Assembly (NCBI GenBank): GCA_051313645.2
Contig: JBNRSN020000005.1
Location: forward strand, 304,854,001 to 304,918,000
Direction: 5' to 3'
DNA: 64,000 nucleotides
Source: Centroscyllium fabricii
Taxonomy: Eukaryota
Shown: positions 61,701 to 64,000 of the stretch, in pieces
How the letters are laid out: every line of letters starts with the position of its first letter
How positions within the stretch are numbered: position 1 is the first letter of the stretch
Notes under the pieces: generated by a model
Databases searched by the model: none
What the model was told of the DNA's origin: nothing
Seen by the model: only the letters and a program-made list of their open reading frames with translations
Translations under genes and position numbers: made by a program

Positions 61701-63220
61701 ATCATGATTGTCGATTGCTTTTAAGGAAGTGTTGATTATAATATTTGTGTGGGAATTATTTAGGATCCTGTCTTTGAGTTGATGTTGTTAAGGCGCAAGA
61801 TAGAGACAATTATCCCATGTGGGTTATAACAGTGCATTCCTTATTCAAATGATGCGGATTTGGGAAGAAAGATTCTTTCTTCACTCCAGAAAGCTCTGAA
61901 GAAAAATTTCAGACAGCTGTCGAAAAAGATATGCCATTCTTTTAATTTTTATCAGCCACCTTGCCGTATTTGTAAGTTCGACTTGTACATCTTGTTTGCT
62001 TTTTCTTCATACTTAATAGCCTTCACTTCATTAAAAGTGTATTAATCTGACTGTTGGTCCCCAGGGGGAACCCATAAGATGTTATTTTTTTTTTGTCTCT
62101 TATTTTTTTTTTAGATTGCAAAAAAAAAAAGTCTAGCAGATTTGGACCCTGTCAGTCAGAAATAATTGTGTTCTTAATCTTGTCCCTGATGGATGGCTCG
62201 GAGTTCAGCATCAGGCCAGCTCCAATGACAAATACAGTATTAATATTCATTAACTGCTTTGACAATGCTAATTTTGATGCAGTAGTAAAGGGCCTTCCAA
62301 AGTTAGCGGCCAAAGCATCAGAGCTGTAGAAGGTGGCAAGATAATTTGTGCTGGTTTGCTGAGCTGCGGCTTTCAAAGTAAACCAAAGCTAGGTAAAAAG
62401 TTCTGAAGTATTGTGAGGCAAGGCTGCGGAAGTAATACGATCACAGTCCGCCAAAAAATTTGACATCTCCGATGAAGCTTGTTTGACTGAAATTTCAACC
62501 AAGTTGTAACAAAAAAAAGCATAACATGGTAAGTCAGCGCATTTTTTTGATTTTGTTTAATCTTTTGATCTTTTCAATTATCACCATTTGAAGATCAATA
62601 GTCATTTTTTTCCCTAGTATCCTTTAAAGGCGCTCAGCGGTGTCATTCTGCGTGTGTTAGTAACGCAGGCTTCAAAAGTGGGCAGTGAAGCTTTATGGAG
62701 CCGCTTGCCACATTCGACTGTGGCAAATATTAGAGTGCAGATATACAACTTGCTAAGTTGCCTTTTATTTATTATTTTTTTACCTGGAATCGATGTATCA
62801 AAATTATTGCATAGTTTGGTATTTCCCCGACGAGTGTGTTTAACTGAGCTGGTTATGTGGGCAAAATAAACGGTAGGTTAGCCATTATACCTCGGGTGAG
62901 GGGTGAAAAATTATTTTTTTTGTCTGTGGGTTCAAAATACCAGCCGATTTTAACATTATAGGAGACTGCAACTGGTTTTAATGTTTTCAAGTAAGCAAGC
63001 GACTGTTGTTCTTTTGTTCCTTTCTGAACTGTTAAGAGTGGTTTGGGGCTGCTTCTGATCAAATGAGCGCTGCCATCTCATTATCTCTTTCCCATGAAGC
63101 AAGGTAATTCACTGAATAGACCTGAACTTGAGCATCTTTTCCTGAAGAGCTGGAGTTGGATGCAATCGCTTCGTGTCCCTATCTCAGCAGCATCTCGGCT
63201 GTAAGTGGCTCAGGTAGGGT

Positions 63221-63235
63221 GCTGCCCTCCAGTGG
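63221..63235 (-). promoter_or_regulatory. Candidate CTCF site
   Basis: Minus strand CCACTGGAGGGCAGC is one mismatch from the CCASYAGRKGGCRSY consensus; motif match only. Confidence 0.45.
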
Positions 63236-64000
63236 ATCTGCCCACATCATGAAGGACTGGCTGGTTTGTGCTGTAGCACAGGAACGGCAGCATGCTTGAA
63301 TTCAGGCAGTGTGAAGCATCGTAATTTGAGCAGGTGTAAATGGTAAGTTAGAAAATTTTAAGAAGGGCTGAATGTTATAATGAATGCTTTTGAAAAGCTT
63401 TATTTCAGATAGACAAATATGATGACTTGACGCATTGTGTTTTAGAATGTGTTTCATTTTAATTGCAATTTAAAAAAACTTTTTTTAAACTATTGAGTAA
63501 AGGAAGTATTCAGATTTTTTTTCACTTGATGTAATGGCTGAAGTTGATCTGACTTGGCAAGTTTGATTTGCATTCTCTCTTTCCCACAGTTTTTTTTTTT
63601 TTGCCTTTCCTTCCACATCTCCCCCCGCCCTCCTCCCTCCCCCCTCCCCTCAGTAGATGCAAGGTAAATATGTGAGCTGAAAGGGTCTGGTATTTTAAGT
63701 GTTCACCTTTCGTCGTCTGTGGCGAGCTTTCCTCCCGCTCCTTTTTCTTCTCACATCCTCCATGCCCAAAGAAATCTGTGTTGAAGTTGCCCATCCTTTC
63801 TGCCTACACTTAGCGCTCATTGTGCTAAATGATTAGTAACTGTCCATCATCAGCAACCAAACTCCCAGTTTACTTAAGAAATTGCACGTGTGACAAAGGG
63901 AGCTGCTGGAGTGTGGTGACCACCGTGAATAGAGGGAGGGAATGTAATTAGCTGCCTCGTTGTTGGGCTTTTTACATGTCAAACTGTAGCCTCATTGCCT

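Overview
Non-coding, repeat-rich vertebrate DNA. The repeat inventory (HE1/V-SINEs with CR1/HER1-type tails, Deu-domain SINEs, Rex1/Babar LINEs, Penelope-like elements) points to a cartilaginous fish, most likely a shark. I recognise no host-gene exon: every long ORF is transposon-derived. Bases 1 to about 52,700 contain a 4.56-kb Penelope/Neptune-type insertion with 1.37-kb inverted arms and an 11-bp target-site duplication (TSD). They also contain several short Penelope fold-back insertions carrying minimal hammerhead-ribozyme (HHR) motifs, three Rex1 LINE fragments, several CR1 fragments, seven HE1 SINEs, a Harbinger-like MITE and 18 Tigger/pogo-like MITEs, most flanked by TA. These MITEs share termini but carry different GC-rich cores rich in promoter motifs. 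Nesting reaches four levels. From about 52,720 to 64,000 the sequence is essentially free of recognisable repeats and looks like a constrained regulatory block. The two most interesting patterns are the shared-end, variable-cargo MITE family and the size series of TSD-bounded Penelope fold-back insertions. Family names come from recalled consensus motifs, not database searches.
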